Shown here: positions 1 to 8,218 of the stretch, piece by piece
Position numbering within the stretch: the stretch's first letter is position 1
Layout of the letters: every line of letters begins with the position of its first letter
DNA from: Ruthenibacterium lactatiformans
GTDB lineage: Bacteria > Bacillota > Clostridia > Lachnospirales > Lachnospiraceae
Direction: 5' to 3'
DNA: 27,698 nucleotides
Assembly (NCBI GenBank): GCA_963636455.1
Contig: CAVHKC010000001.1
Coordinates: forward strand, 1 to 27,698
The notes under the pieces: model-generated
Told to the model about the DNA's origin: nothing
The model's input: the letters and a program-made list of their open reading frames with translations, nothing else
Database searches by the model: none
Position numbers and translations under genes: made by a program

Positions 1-88
1 ACATGAGGAAAAACACAATCAGAACAATCCTTAATAACCTTTCCGCTTTTTGTTTCAAAAAATTTCGGATTTCCCGGACATTTCTCAT
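1..88 (-). CDS. Possible 5' end of a gene running off the left edge (signal-peptide-like N-terminus)
   Basis: The minus-strand frame from ATG at 88 is open to the edge: MRNVREIRNFLKQKAERLLRIVLIVFFLM, a basic stretch followed by a hydrophobic one. Too short to confirm. Confidence 0.3.
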   Translation of the reverse strand, partial: MRNVREIRNFLKQKAERLLRIVLIVFFLM

Positions 89-385
89 ATCCTATCAGCG
101 GACAATAACAAAATAAGCAGTTAAAGTCCTTTTTTTCCGTATTATATGAATGACACGGATAATATTTGCATGAAGTATTGGCAAAAAACTTATGATTGTT
201 TTGCATTTTGTTTCCTCTTGTTCAATGCGCTTTTCGAAGTCAGGCAGATTTATCTCATGCTTTCATATGCCGGGTTTCACTGCTCTTTTTAATCAATTAC
301 TTCGGTTTTATTGTATTATTCTACTGTTATTTTATTATATTGGAATGATCTTCTGCTGTTTTAGTAAGCTGTTCTTATGCTTAAT

Positions 386-1120
386 CTAGGGCTCGATCAA
401 TGCTTTTATAACATTTCCCTTCTTTGTTTCCTCAATTATCTTTTCAAAGCCATACAGATTCTCCCTGTGTGTTATAAGACTTTTGACATTGATTGCCTTT
501 CTTTCAAGCATGGACAGGCAAATATTCCATGATGTCGGTGATGAACTGTAAGAGAATATTAATTCCAACGATTTTTCTGCTGCCGTCATCCATTCCACTA
601 GAAACTCTCTTTGCCTTGGAAGGCCTATAACGCACATTCTTCCCTGGCGTCTGAGCATTCTTAAACATGCATTTATTGCCGATGGTGCTCCGGAACAATC
701 GATGCAAAGGTCAGCACCCTCGCCGTTTGTGAGATCTCTTACAATCTTTTCCACATCATCCTTCGAGCTGATTAATATCATATCAGCACCCAGCTCTTTT
801 GCAAGCGGAAGTCTGTGTTTTGCGCTGTTTTCTGTGCCTACAATAATAACTTTTGAAGCACCGTTGATTTTTGCCATCTGAAGTGCCAAAAGGCCGATAG
901 GTCCCGGACCGTATAAAACAACCACTTCTTCCGGCTTTACTTTTGCACGCTCAAGAAGTGCGTGAGCAACACATGCCATGGGTTCTACAAAAGCTGCTTC
1001 TTCAAAAGAAATACTGTCTGCAAATTTTATAACCTGCTTGGCTTCTATTTTCATATATTCAGCAAAGGCACCGTCAACCCAATGTCCGGGGCAGGTCCTG
1101 TGTTCGCACATCTGCGGATT
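386..1120 (-). pseudogene. Zn-dependent medium-chain dehydrogenase (sorbitol/threonine dehydrogenase-like), N-terminally truncated
   Basis: Has DGAFAEY, EPMAC, the Rossmann motif GPGPIG and DCSG. Lacks the N-terminal catalytic Cys, the GHE motif and three of the four structural-Zn cysteines. An in-frame TGA at 1121-1123 lies three codons upstream of the ATG at 1111. Confidence 0.8.
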
Positions 1121-1847
1121 TCATGATATCTTGATATGTCTGCACTGCCGAATATGTGCTTCTTACCATAAAGTCGTTTGGCATGGAAATTCCGTCGCCT
1201 CTTCCGCCTGTGATATTTGCCTTAACATAAGCGCAGTCGCCTACCATGACATATTTTTTGTCATTTGTTTCAACAATAACGATACTGCTTGCGAAGCTGT
1301 GTCCCATTCTTGCCACGCGAATATGAATGTCCGGGAACAGATTATCAACATCTCCGTCAAGCAGAACCAATCTGCGTTCCTTTATCAGTCCCACGCATTG
1401 TTCAAGGTCCGTGCATGAAATAGGAGCCTTCAGAATGTCATAGTCCTTCGGCAGTGTCATCGTCGCAATCCAATTTGTAAGCTCATCTTTCTGCAGATAA
1501 AAGGTCGCATGTGGGAACAATTTGATACCGCCCATATGGTCCCAATGCGCATGTGTCAAAATAACATGTTTTACTTCTTCCGGGGTAATTCCGATTTTTT
1601 TTAAGACTGTGACCGGATTTTGATAATGCGTCAGATTAACACCGTCCGCCAACGCCTGATTTTCGGGCTTTTTGTCATCATAACCGGTATCTACAAGGAT
1701 TACATCTCCTGCTTGATTTTTTAAGACATTGAATGTATATGTGACATTTGTGGTTTCTCCGGCACCGTAATATCCCGAAAAAACCATTGCATTGGAAAAT
1801 CCGATCTGTACGCCGTACTCCAATATCGTAATACTGTAATTTTCCAT
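1074..1847 (-). CDS. Metallo-beta-lactamase-fold hydrolase, N-acyl-homoserine lactonase-like; C-terminus probably truncated
   Basis: Motifs VDTG, THAHWDH (HxHxDH), GHS and GDCAY; AGGAG RBS upstream. The final metal-binding His (GHD-type motif) is absent and the tail overlaps the dehydrogenase fragment. Confidence 0.8.
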   Translation of the reverse strand: MENYSITILEYGVQIGFSNAMVFSGYYGAGETTNVTYTFNVLKNQAGDVILVDTGYDDKKPENQALADGVNLTHYQNPVTVLKKIGITPEEVKHVILTHAHWDHMGGIKLFPHATFYLQKDELTNWIATMTLPKDYDILKAPISCTDLEQCVGLIKERRLVLLDGDVDNLFPDIHIRVARMGHSFASSIVIVETNDKKYVMVGDCAYVKANITGGRGDGISMPNDFMVRSTYSAVQTYQDIMKSADVRTQDLPRTLG

Positions 1848-2007
1848 AAACTTATTACTCCTGAATTTGCAAAAAATTTATGTAAGAGTATTCCAAAATA
1901 ACAAATACGTTACTTTGTTCTTTCTTTTTCTGAGCATACTTTAGCAAATTCAGGCATAGAACAATACAGCCCTTAGAATGACTTTCCTTTACACTATGGT
2001 ATATATG

Positions 2008-2508
2008 TCAGGCGTTATTTTCATCTTCAACGCAGAACGCGCCGAACTTTGCATTTGCTGCAGCGGCAAGATCGCTTGTTTTCACATGGACGGATGTTCC
2101 GATTTTTCCGCCGCTTACATAGATTTTTTCAAATTGTTTAGCACTTTCGTGAATCCATGTGGAAAACTGCTTTTTCATTCCGAGAGGACTTACACCTCCC
2201 CGCACATATCCTGTGAGTGCAGTTATATCCTTCACATGAACCATCTCGACTGATTTTTCACCAACAAGCTTTGCAGCATTCTTAAAGTGCACCTCGTATG
2301 CAATCGGAAGAACAAACACATAATGCTGGCCGCTTTTCCCCTGCAGGACAAGAGTTTTGAAGGTTTCTTCCTCGGGCGTTCCCGTAATCTTTGCTGCATG
2401 AATTCCGTCTATGAATTCTTCGCATTCATACTGCAGTATTTCATATTCCGCTTTGTTTTTGTCCAAAATTCGCATGGCATTTGTTTTGATTTCTTTTTGT
2501 TTTCCCAT
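2008..2508 (-). CDS. ybaK: Cys-tRNA(Pro) deacylase (YbaK/EbsC family)
   Basis: N-terminal TNAMRIL, FKTLV (catalytic Lys), TGYVRGGVSPLG and VSGG motifs; 166 aa. Confidence 0.93.
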   Translation of the reverse strand: MGKQKEIKTNAMRILDKNKAEYEILQYECEEFIDGIHAAKITGTPEEETFKTLVLQGKSGQHYVFVLPIAYEVHFKNAAKLVGEKSVEMVHVKDITALTGYVRGGVSPLGMKKQFSTWIHESAKQFEKIYVSGGKIGTSVHVKTSDLAAAANAKFGAFCVEDENNA

Positions 2509-2527
2509 ATTTTTTACCTGTAATCTT

Positions 2528-2557
2528 TAAGCCGTCATTCATGTCTTTGACGGCTTA
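2528..2557. terminator. Stem-loop between ppa and ybaK
   Basis: Perfect 10-bp inverted repeat TAAGCCGTCA / TGACGGCTTA. The T-run follows on the + strand only. Confidence 0.5.
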
Positions 2558-2582
2558 TTTTTTAATTTATGTACGGTGGATT

Positions 2583-3107
2583 TTAAAAACACTCATCATA
2601 ATGAGCAAGTGCATTTTTTATAATCTCCACTGCGGCGTCGCGGCCGTTTACATCGCCTGCAACCGTTTCCTTTCCCTCGAGTGCTTTGTATACCGTGAAA
2701 AAATGTGCCATTTCATCGAAAATATGGCTTGGAAGCTCCATGATATCGTGATAATTGTTGTAGCTTGGATCCGAAAAAGGAATCGCAATTATTTTTTCGT
2801 CATTCTTGCCGCCGTCAAGCATGGAGATATATCCTATCGGATAGCACCTTACAAGCGTGAGCGGATCAAGAGGCTCTGAACAAAGCACAAGCACGTCAAG
2901 CGGGTCGCCGTCATCTCCGTAGCTTCTGGGGATGAAGCCGTAGTTTGCGGGATAGTGGGTGGATGTATACAAAATACGATCCAGAATAATCATGCCTGTT
3001 TGCTTGTCGAGTTCATATTTCTTTTTGCTTCCCTTGGAAATCTCGATTACAGCAAGGAAATCTTCGGGTTTAATTCGCTCTGGGTCTATATCATGCCAAA
3101 CATTCAT
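2583..3107 (-). CDS. ppa: Soluble inorganic pyrophosphatase, family I
   Basis: KYELDK, YPANYGFIP, the signature DGDPLDVLV and DEKIIA; GGAGG RBS upstream. Confidence 0.95.
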   Translation of the reverse strand: MNVWHDIDPERIKPEDFLAVIEISKGSKKKYELDKQTGMIILDRILYTSTHYPANYGFIPRSYGDDGDPLDVLVLCSEPLDPLTLVRCYPIGYISMLDGGKNDEKIIAIPFSDPSYNNYHDIMELPSHIFDEMAHFFTVYKALEGKETVAGDVNGRDAAVEIIKNALAHYDECF

Positions 3108-3205
3108 TTTGATTCCTCCAAAATACTTAAAATCTGCGGATATTGATTAAAACAATTTCGTTTTTAACAATGCGAAAAAATGTGCTTTTCTCTTTTAACT
3201 CAAAC

Positions 3206-3234
3206 ATAATAACATATCGGTTTTTTTCTTTGAA
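3206..3234 (-). promoter_or_regulatory. Putative sigma-A promoter of ppa
   Basis: TTCAAA-N17-TATTAT with a TGn extended -10 on the minus strand. Confidence 0.4.
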
Positions 3235-3356
3235 ACATATTTTTTTATATGCCGAACTTTATTTTGTGTATTTTTTTCGCATATTTTAAAATCAAATTGA
3301 ACATATAAAGTTAAAAAGTCCATAAGGACAACATCTATAAAGCCATCTTGATAATC

Positions 3357-3387
3357 AAAAACGGCCGCCCGCAGGCAGCCGTCTTTT
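3357..3387 (-). terminator. Intrinsic terminator of hppA
   Basis: Minus strand reads ACGGCTGCC-loop-GGCGGCCGT followed by TTTTT, about 35 nt after the stop codon. T-runs on both sides suggest it is bidirectional. Confidence 0.8.
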
Positions 3388-3421
3388 ATATCAAGGTGTC
3401 TTTTAAATTTAAGACTTTTAT

Positions 3422-5449
3422 TTAGAATACGATAAGTCCTTCTGCGCCTACTGCAAGGAATGCAGGTACGAACACGAGTGAAACGATCGTCATCAACTTG
3501 ATGAGGATGTTGATTGAAGGACCTGAAGTGTCTTTGAAGGGATCGCCTACGGTGTCGCCGACAACTGCAGCTGCATGAGCTTCGCTGCCTTTTCCGCCGT
3601 GTTTTCCGCTTTCAATATACTTCTTTGCATTATCCCATGCACCGCCGGCGTTGCTCATGAAGATAGCCATAAGAACACCTGTTACAAGCGAGCCTGCAAG
3701 GAGACCGCCGAGTGCGTGAACTCCAAGAAGGAAACCTACTACGATAGGAACAACAATGGCAATGATGCCGGGAAGAATCATCTGCTTCAAAGCAGCATTT
3801 GTTGAAATTGCAACGCATGCTTTGTAGTCGGGTGTTCCTGTTCCTTCCATGATTCCTGCAATCTCTCTGAACTGACGGCGAACTTCTTCGATCATCTTGT
3901 TTGCGGCCTTTGAAACTGAAGCCATCGTAAGAGCCGAGAAGATAAATGTCAAAACACCGCCGATCAAAAGACCGATAACAACCTTTGCATTGAGGATATC
4001 AAGCACGAGTTCATCAGGTGTTCCGATGTTTACTTTGTCTGCAAATGACTGGAAGAGTGCAAGTGCCGTAAGTGCGGCAGAACCGATTGCAAAACCTTTG
4101 CCGATTGCAGCAGTTGTATTTCCTACCGAGTCAAGCTTGTCTGTGATTTCACGAACATCTTCAGGAAGTCCGCTCATTTCGGCAATACCGCCTGCATTGT
4201 CGGCGATGGGGCCGTATGAGTCAACGGCTACAGTCATACCTGTTGTTGAAAGCATTCCGACAGCTGCAAGAGCGATTCCGAACACGCCCATGAGTGCATA
4301 AGAAACTGCAATACCAATGCAGATAAGCACTATGGGAAGAACTGTTGATTTCATACCTACTGCAAGACCGCTTATGATTGTTGTTGCAGGTCCCGTTTCG
4401 GACTGCTTTGCAATTTCTTTAACCGAACCGAATTTCTCGGATGTATAAACTTCTGTCAGCGTTCCGATAAGCAAGCCTACCACGATTCCGGCAACAACTG
4501 CAATTGCGGGCTTAACTCCCTCTAACATCGTTCCGCTTAAGATAAATGAAACAATAATTACAATGGCCGCCGAAACATAAGTTCCTATGTTAAGGGCAAC
4601 CTGAGGATTTGCGCCTTCTTTGGTACGAACACAAAGTGTTCCGATGATAGATGCGATAAGACCTACTGCCGATACAAGAATCGGGAATAAGATGTAGTTC
4701 GCCTGAAGCGCAGCATCTTTGCCTGAAACAAAAACAACTGCAAGCGTGAGTGCTGAAATAAGTGAACCAACATATGATTCGAAAAGGTCGGCTCCCATAC
4801 CTGCAACGTCGCCTACATTATCGCCTACGTTATCGGCGATTGTAGCGGGGTTACGGGGATCGTCTTCGGGAATTCCTGCTTCAACCTTTCCTACAAGGTC
4901 AGCTCCGACATCGGCTGCTTTTGTGTAGATACCGCCGCCGACACGGGCAAACAATGCGATTGAAGAAGCTCCGAGTGAGAAGCCGAACATAACGTCTACA
5001 TTCTGCGTTATAAGGTAGATTGCGCTTACACCGAGGCAACCTAAGCCTGCAACGCACATACCCATAACTGCGCCGCCTTTGAAAGCAACACTCAGTGCGC
5101 CGTTCATGCCCTTTGTCTGAGCAGCGGCTGCCGTACGAACATTAGCCTTCGTTGCAACGCTCATTCCGAAGAAGCCTGCAAGCACCGAGAAAACAGCACC
5201 GATAACAAAGCAAATTGCCGTTACCCAACTGATTGCAAAGCCGATAATAAGGCCTAAGACCACAACGAAAATTACAAGGATTTTGTACTCTGAGAAAAGG
5301 AATGCCTTTGCGCCGTCTGCGATTGCTTTGGCGATACCCTGCATTTTTTCATTGCCGGCATCCTTTTTGGAAACCATCACTGCCAAAATGACCGCATAGA
5401 TAAGAGCGATCACGCCTGCGATGACTCCGCATAACATTAAAGTGTTCAT
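3422..5449 (-). CDS. hppA: Membrane-bound ion-translocating pyrophosphatase, K+-dependent, probably Na+-pumping
   Basis: GGGIYTKAADVGADLVGKVE, EDDPRN, DNVGDNVGD, GGAWDNAKK and GDTVGDPFKD motifs. GNTTAA (Ala, not Lys) marks K+ dependence. Start moved to ATG 5449, which follows an AAGGAG RBS. Confidence 0.95.
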   Translation of the reverse strand: MNTLMLCGVIAGVIALIYAVILAVMVSKKDAGNEKMQGIAKAIADGAKAFLFSEYKILVIFVVVLGLIIGFAISWVTAICFVIGAVFSVLAGFFGMSVATKANVRTAAAAQTKGMNGALSVAFKGGAVMGMCVAGLGCLGVSAIYLITQNVDVMFGFSLGASSIALFARVGGGIYTKAADVGADLVGKVEAGIPEDDPRNPATIADNVGDNVGDVAGMGADLFESYVGSLISALTLAVVFVSGKDAALQANYILFPILVSAVGLIASIIGTLCVRTKEGANPQVALNIGTYVSAAIVIIVSFILSGTMLEGVKPAIAVVAGIVVGLLIGTLTEVYTSEKFGSVKEIAKQSETGPATTIISGLAVGMKSTVLPIVLICIGIAVSYALMGVFGIALAAVGMLSTTGMTVAVDSYGPIADNAGGIAEMSGLPEDVREITDKLDSVGNTTAAIGKGFAIGSAALTALALFQSFADKVNIGTPDELVLDILNAKVVIGLLIGGVLTFIFSALTMASVSKAANKMIEEVRRQFREIAGIMEGTGTPDYKACVAISTNAALKQMILPGIIAIVVPIVVGFLLGVHALGGLLAGSLVTGVLMAIFMSNAGGAWDNAKKYIESGKHGGKGSEAHAAAVVGDTVGDPFKDTSGPSINILIKLMTIVSLVFVPAFLAVGAEGLIVF

Positions 5450-5582
5450 TCTTTTGTCTACTCCTTTTTTATTATGACACCTGTTTATCGCGTATTTTTT
5501 TGTACGCCAAGCCATTAATGCTCCCGTACAAAAAACATGCCTTATGCAAAAAGATAAGGCACTTCGCCGTGTTTAGATATAT

Positions 5583-5610
5583 ATAATATAAGAAAAGCGA
5601 AAAAAGTCAA
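5583..5610 (-). promoter_or_regulatory. Putative sigma-A promoter of hppA
   Basis: TTGACT-N16-TATTAT on the minus strand. Confidence 0.55.
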
Positions 5611-5697
5611 CAAAAAAGCTTGCCTTTTTGACCTTTTATTGAACAGTAATATCAATGTCCGAGGTGTCACAACCATGTTATATCACAACACAAAGTT

Positions 5698-5715
5698 TTG
5701 TTATTTCTTTAACAA
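5698..5715. promoter_or_regulatory. Putative Rex (NADH/NAD+ sensor) operator
   Basis: TTGTTATTTCTTTAACAA is an 18-bp near-palindrome, one mismatch from the clostridial consensus TTGTTAA-N4-TTAACAA. It lies upstream of an NADH-linked hydrogenase. Confidence 0.65.
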
Positions 5716-5835
5716 TTATGGCTTTTTAAAAATACATTTGTTAGACTTACAAAGTTATGGGGGATGGCATGTTTTTATATATGTATTTTCCGTTTTTATA
5801 ATCTTATTATTTCTTATTATTGAAGGAGAGAATTT

Positions 5836-6330
5836 ATGGCAGCTCTTGAAAATGCGATCGCATTCAACAACGACAGCGAGCTTGAAAAAAAGCTTCTTGC
5901 CGTCATTGAAGCGAACAAGGATCAGCCCGGTGCGCTGATACCTATTCTTCAGCAGGCACAGGATATCTACGGATATCTGCCCATCGAAGTGCAGCAAATC
6001 ATCGCAAAACAACTCAATGTCCCTTTGGAAAAGATCTACGGTGTGGTGACTTTCTACTCGTTTTTCAGTCTGTATCCGAAGGGAGAACACAAAATTTCGG
6101 TTTGTCTCGGAACCGCCTGCTATGTCAAAGGCTCCGGCAAGGTCTTAGAAAAACTGAAGGACGAGCTTTCGATTGAATCCGGTCAGTGCACTCACGACCG
6201 CAAGTTTTCGCTTGACACATGCCGCTGCATCGGAGCATGCGGTCTTGCCCCGGTTATGCTCGTTAATGACGATGTTTATGGGCATATGTCGCCGGCCGAG
6301 GTTCCGTCGGTTCTGGCAAAATATAAATAA
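5836..6330 (+). CDS. hydC: [FeFe]-hydrogenase [2Fe-2S] subunit (NuoE/HydC-like)
   Basis: YGVVTFY, CLGTAC and CIGACGLAP motifs; AAGGAG RBS. Confidence 0.92.
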   Translation: MAALENAIAFNNDSELEKKLLAVIEANKDQPGALIPILQQAQDIYGYLPIEVQQIIAKQLNVPLEKIYGVVTFYSFFSLYPKGEHKISVCLGTACYVKGSGKVLEKLKDELSIESGQCTHDRKFSLDTCRCIGACGLAPVMLVNDDVYGHMSPAEVPSVLAKYK

Positions 6331-6347
6331 AACAGGAGGACAAACTG

Positions 6348-8204
6348 ATGAAATCACAGGATTTACTTGACATTAAATCAGCCATTCTGAAAGAAGTTCT
6401 GGAATCAAAAGAAAAAACCAGAGTTCTTGTGGGCATGGCAACCTGCGGTATAGCAAGCGGCGCTGCTCCTGTTATGGAAAAGCTTTCGGAGCTTGCAAAA
6501 GAAAACGGCAATGTTATCGTATCGCAGACAGGCTGCATTGGTATCTGCCAATATGAACCGATTGTTGAGGTTATTGAGCCAAGCGGCAAAAAGACAACTT
6601 ATGTAAGAATGTCGGCAGAAAAAGCCGAACGCATCTATAATGAACACATTTTGGGAGGCACTCCCATAAAAGAATTTTCCGTAGGAACTGTTCTTCCGGC
6701 AAAGGAAGGACATGCATGGGCTCTTGAAGATACAATCTTTTTGCAGAAGCAAAACCGCATTGCCCTAAGAAACTGCGGCAAAATCGACCCCGAACAGATT
6801 GATCAGTATATTGCAACAGACGGTTATCAGGCACTTGCTAAAGTTCTTCAGGAAATGACTCCCAATGAAGTTATTCAGACAATGCTTGATTCGGGCTTAA
6901 GAGGCCGAGGCGGTGCCGGCTTCCCCACCGGTCTTAAGTGGAAGTTCGCATCGGGAAACCGCGGAAACATCCAAAAATATGTCTGCTGTAATGCCGACGA
7001 AGGCGACCCCGGTGCTTTCATGGACCGTTCGGTTCTCGAAGGTGACCCGCATGTTGTTCTTGAAGCAATGGCAATTGCAGGTTTTGCAATCGGTGCTTCC
7101 AAAGGCTATATATATGTAAGAGCCGAATATCCCACGGCAATTGCAAGGCTTGCCACGGCAATATCACAGGCAAACGAAAAAGGTGTCTTGGGAAAGAACA
7201 TCTTCGGGACAGACTTCAGCTTTGATATCGAACTTCGTTTGGGTTCGGGTGCATTTGTCTGCGGTGAAGAAACAGCCCTTATGACATCTATCGAAGGAAA
7301 CCGAGGTGAGCCCAGACCCCGTCCTCCTTTCCCCGCCGTAAAAGGTCTTTTTGGAAAGCCCACCATACTGAACAATGTTGAAACATGGGCAAATATTCCG
7401 AGAATAATACTTAAGGGCGCCGACTGGTTTTCACACATGGGAACCGAAAAATCCAAAGGAACAAAAGTTTTCGCTTTGGGCGGAAAAATCAACAATACAG
7501 GCCTTGTCGAGGTTGAAATGGGAACAACCCTCAAGGAAATTATCGAAGAAATCGGCGGAGGAATCCCTGGCGGCAAGAAGTTCAAAGCCGCACAGACTGG
7601 CGGTCCTTCAGGCGGATGCATTTCATCCGAGAATTACGAAGTTCCCATTGATTACGACAATCTCGTTGCCATCGGTTCGATGATGGGTTCGGGCGGTCTT
7701 ATTGTTATGGACGAAGACAACTGCATGGTTGATATTGCAAAATTCTTCCTGGAATTTACCGCAGACGAATCCTGCGGCAAATGCACCCCGTGCCGCATAG
7801 GTACAAGAAGAATGCTTGAAATTTTGAATAAAATCACTTCGGGCGATGCCACAATGAAAGACCTTGAACACTTGGACGAACTTTCCACATATATCAAGGA
7901 AAATGCCCTTTGCGGATTAGGCCAGACTTCGCCGAATCCCATCCTTTCAACTCTTCGTTATTTTGGGGATGAATACAAGGCTCATATCAAAGACAAGAAA
8001 TGCCCCGCCGGTGTTTGCAAGGATCTCATGAATTATTATATCGATCCCAACAAATGCCTCGGATGTGGCCTTTGCAAGAGCAAATGCCCTGCCGATGCAA
8101 TCTTCGGCGAGCTCAAAAAGCCTCATGTCATCAACCTCGTCACATGCGTTAAATGCGGAACATGTATCAGCACATGCCGCCTGAACGCAATTCAAACGAA
8201 GTAG
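6348..8204 (+). CDS. hydB: [FeFe]-hydrogenase NADH/FMN-binding subunit (NuoF/HydB-like)
   Basis: N-terminal thioredoxin-like Fe-S domain, GRGGAGF, NADEGDPG, CGEETAL, ESCGKCTPCRIG and two C-terminal CxxCxxCxxxC ferredoxin motifs; AGGAGG RBS. Confidence 0.95.
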   Translation: MKSQDLLDIKSAILKEVLESKEKTRVLVGMATCGIASGAAPVMEKLSELAKENGNVIVSQTGCIGICQYEPIVEVIEPSGKKTTYVRMSAEKAERIYNEHILGGTPIKEFSVGTVLPAKEGHAWALEDTIFLQKQNRIALRNCGKIDPEQIDQYIATDGYQALAKVLQEMTPNEVIQTMLDSGLRGRGGAGFPTGLKWKFASGNRGNIQKYVCCNADEGDPGAFMDRSVLEGDPHVVLEAMAIAGFAIGASKGYIYVRAEYPTAIARLATAISQANEKGVLGKNIFGTDFSFDIELRLGSGAFVCGEETALMTSIEGNRGEPRPRPPFPAVKGLFGKPTILNNVETWANIPRIILKGADWFSHMGTEKSKGTKVFALGGKINNTGLVEVEMGTTLKEIIEEIGGGIPGGKKFKAAQTGGPSGGCISSENYEVPIDYDNLVAIGSMMGSGGLIVMDEDNCMVDIAKFFLEFTADESCGKCTPCRIGTRRMLEILNKITSGDATMKDLEHLDELSTYIKENALCGLGQTSPNPILSTLRYFGDEYKAHIKDKKCPAGVCKDLMNYYIDPNKCLGCGLCKSKCPADAIFGELKKPHVINLVTCVKCGTCISTCRLNAIQTK

Positions 8205-8218
8205 GAAAGGAGAAAATC

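Noticed and set aside
192..389. 65-aa + strand hydrophobic ORF
   Set aside because: No RBS; the F/L/I/C-rich composition is what a T-rich spacer produces.
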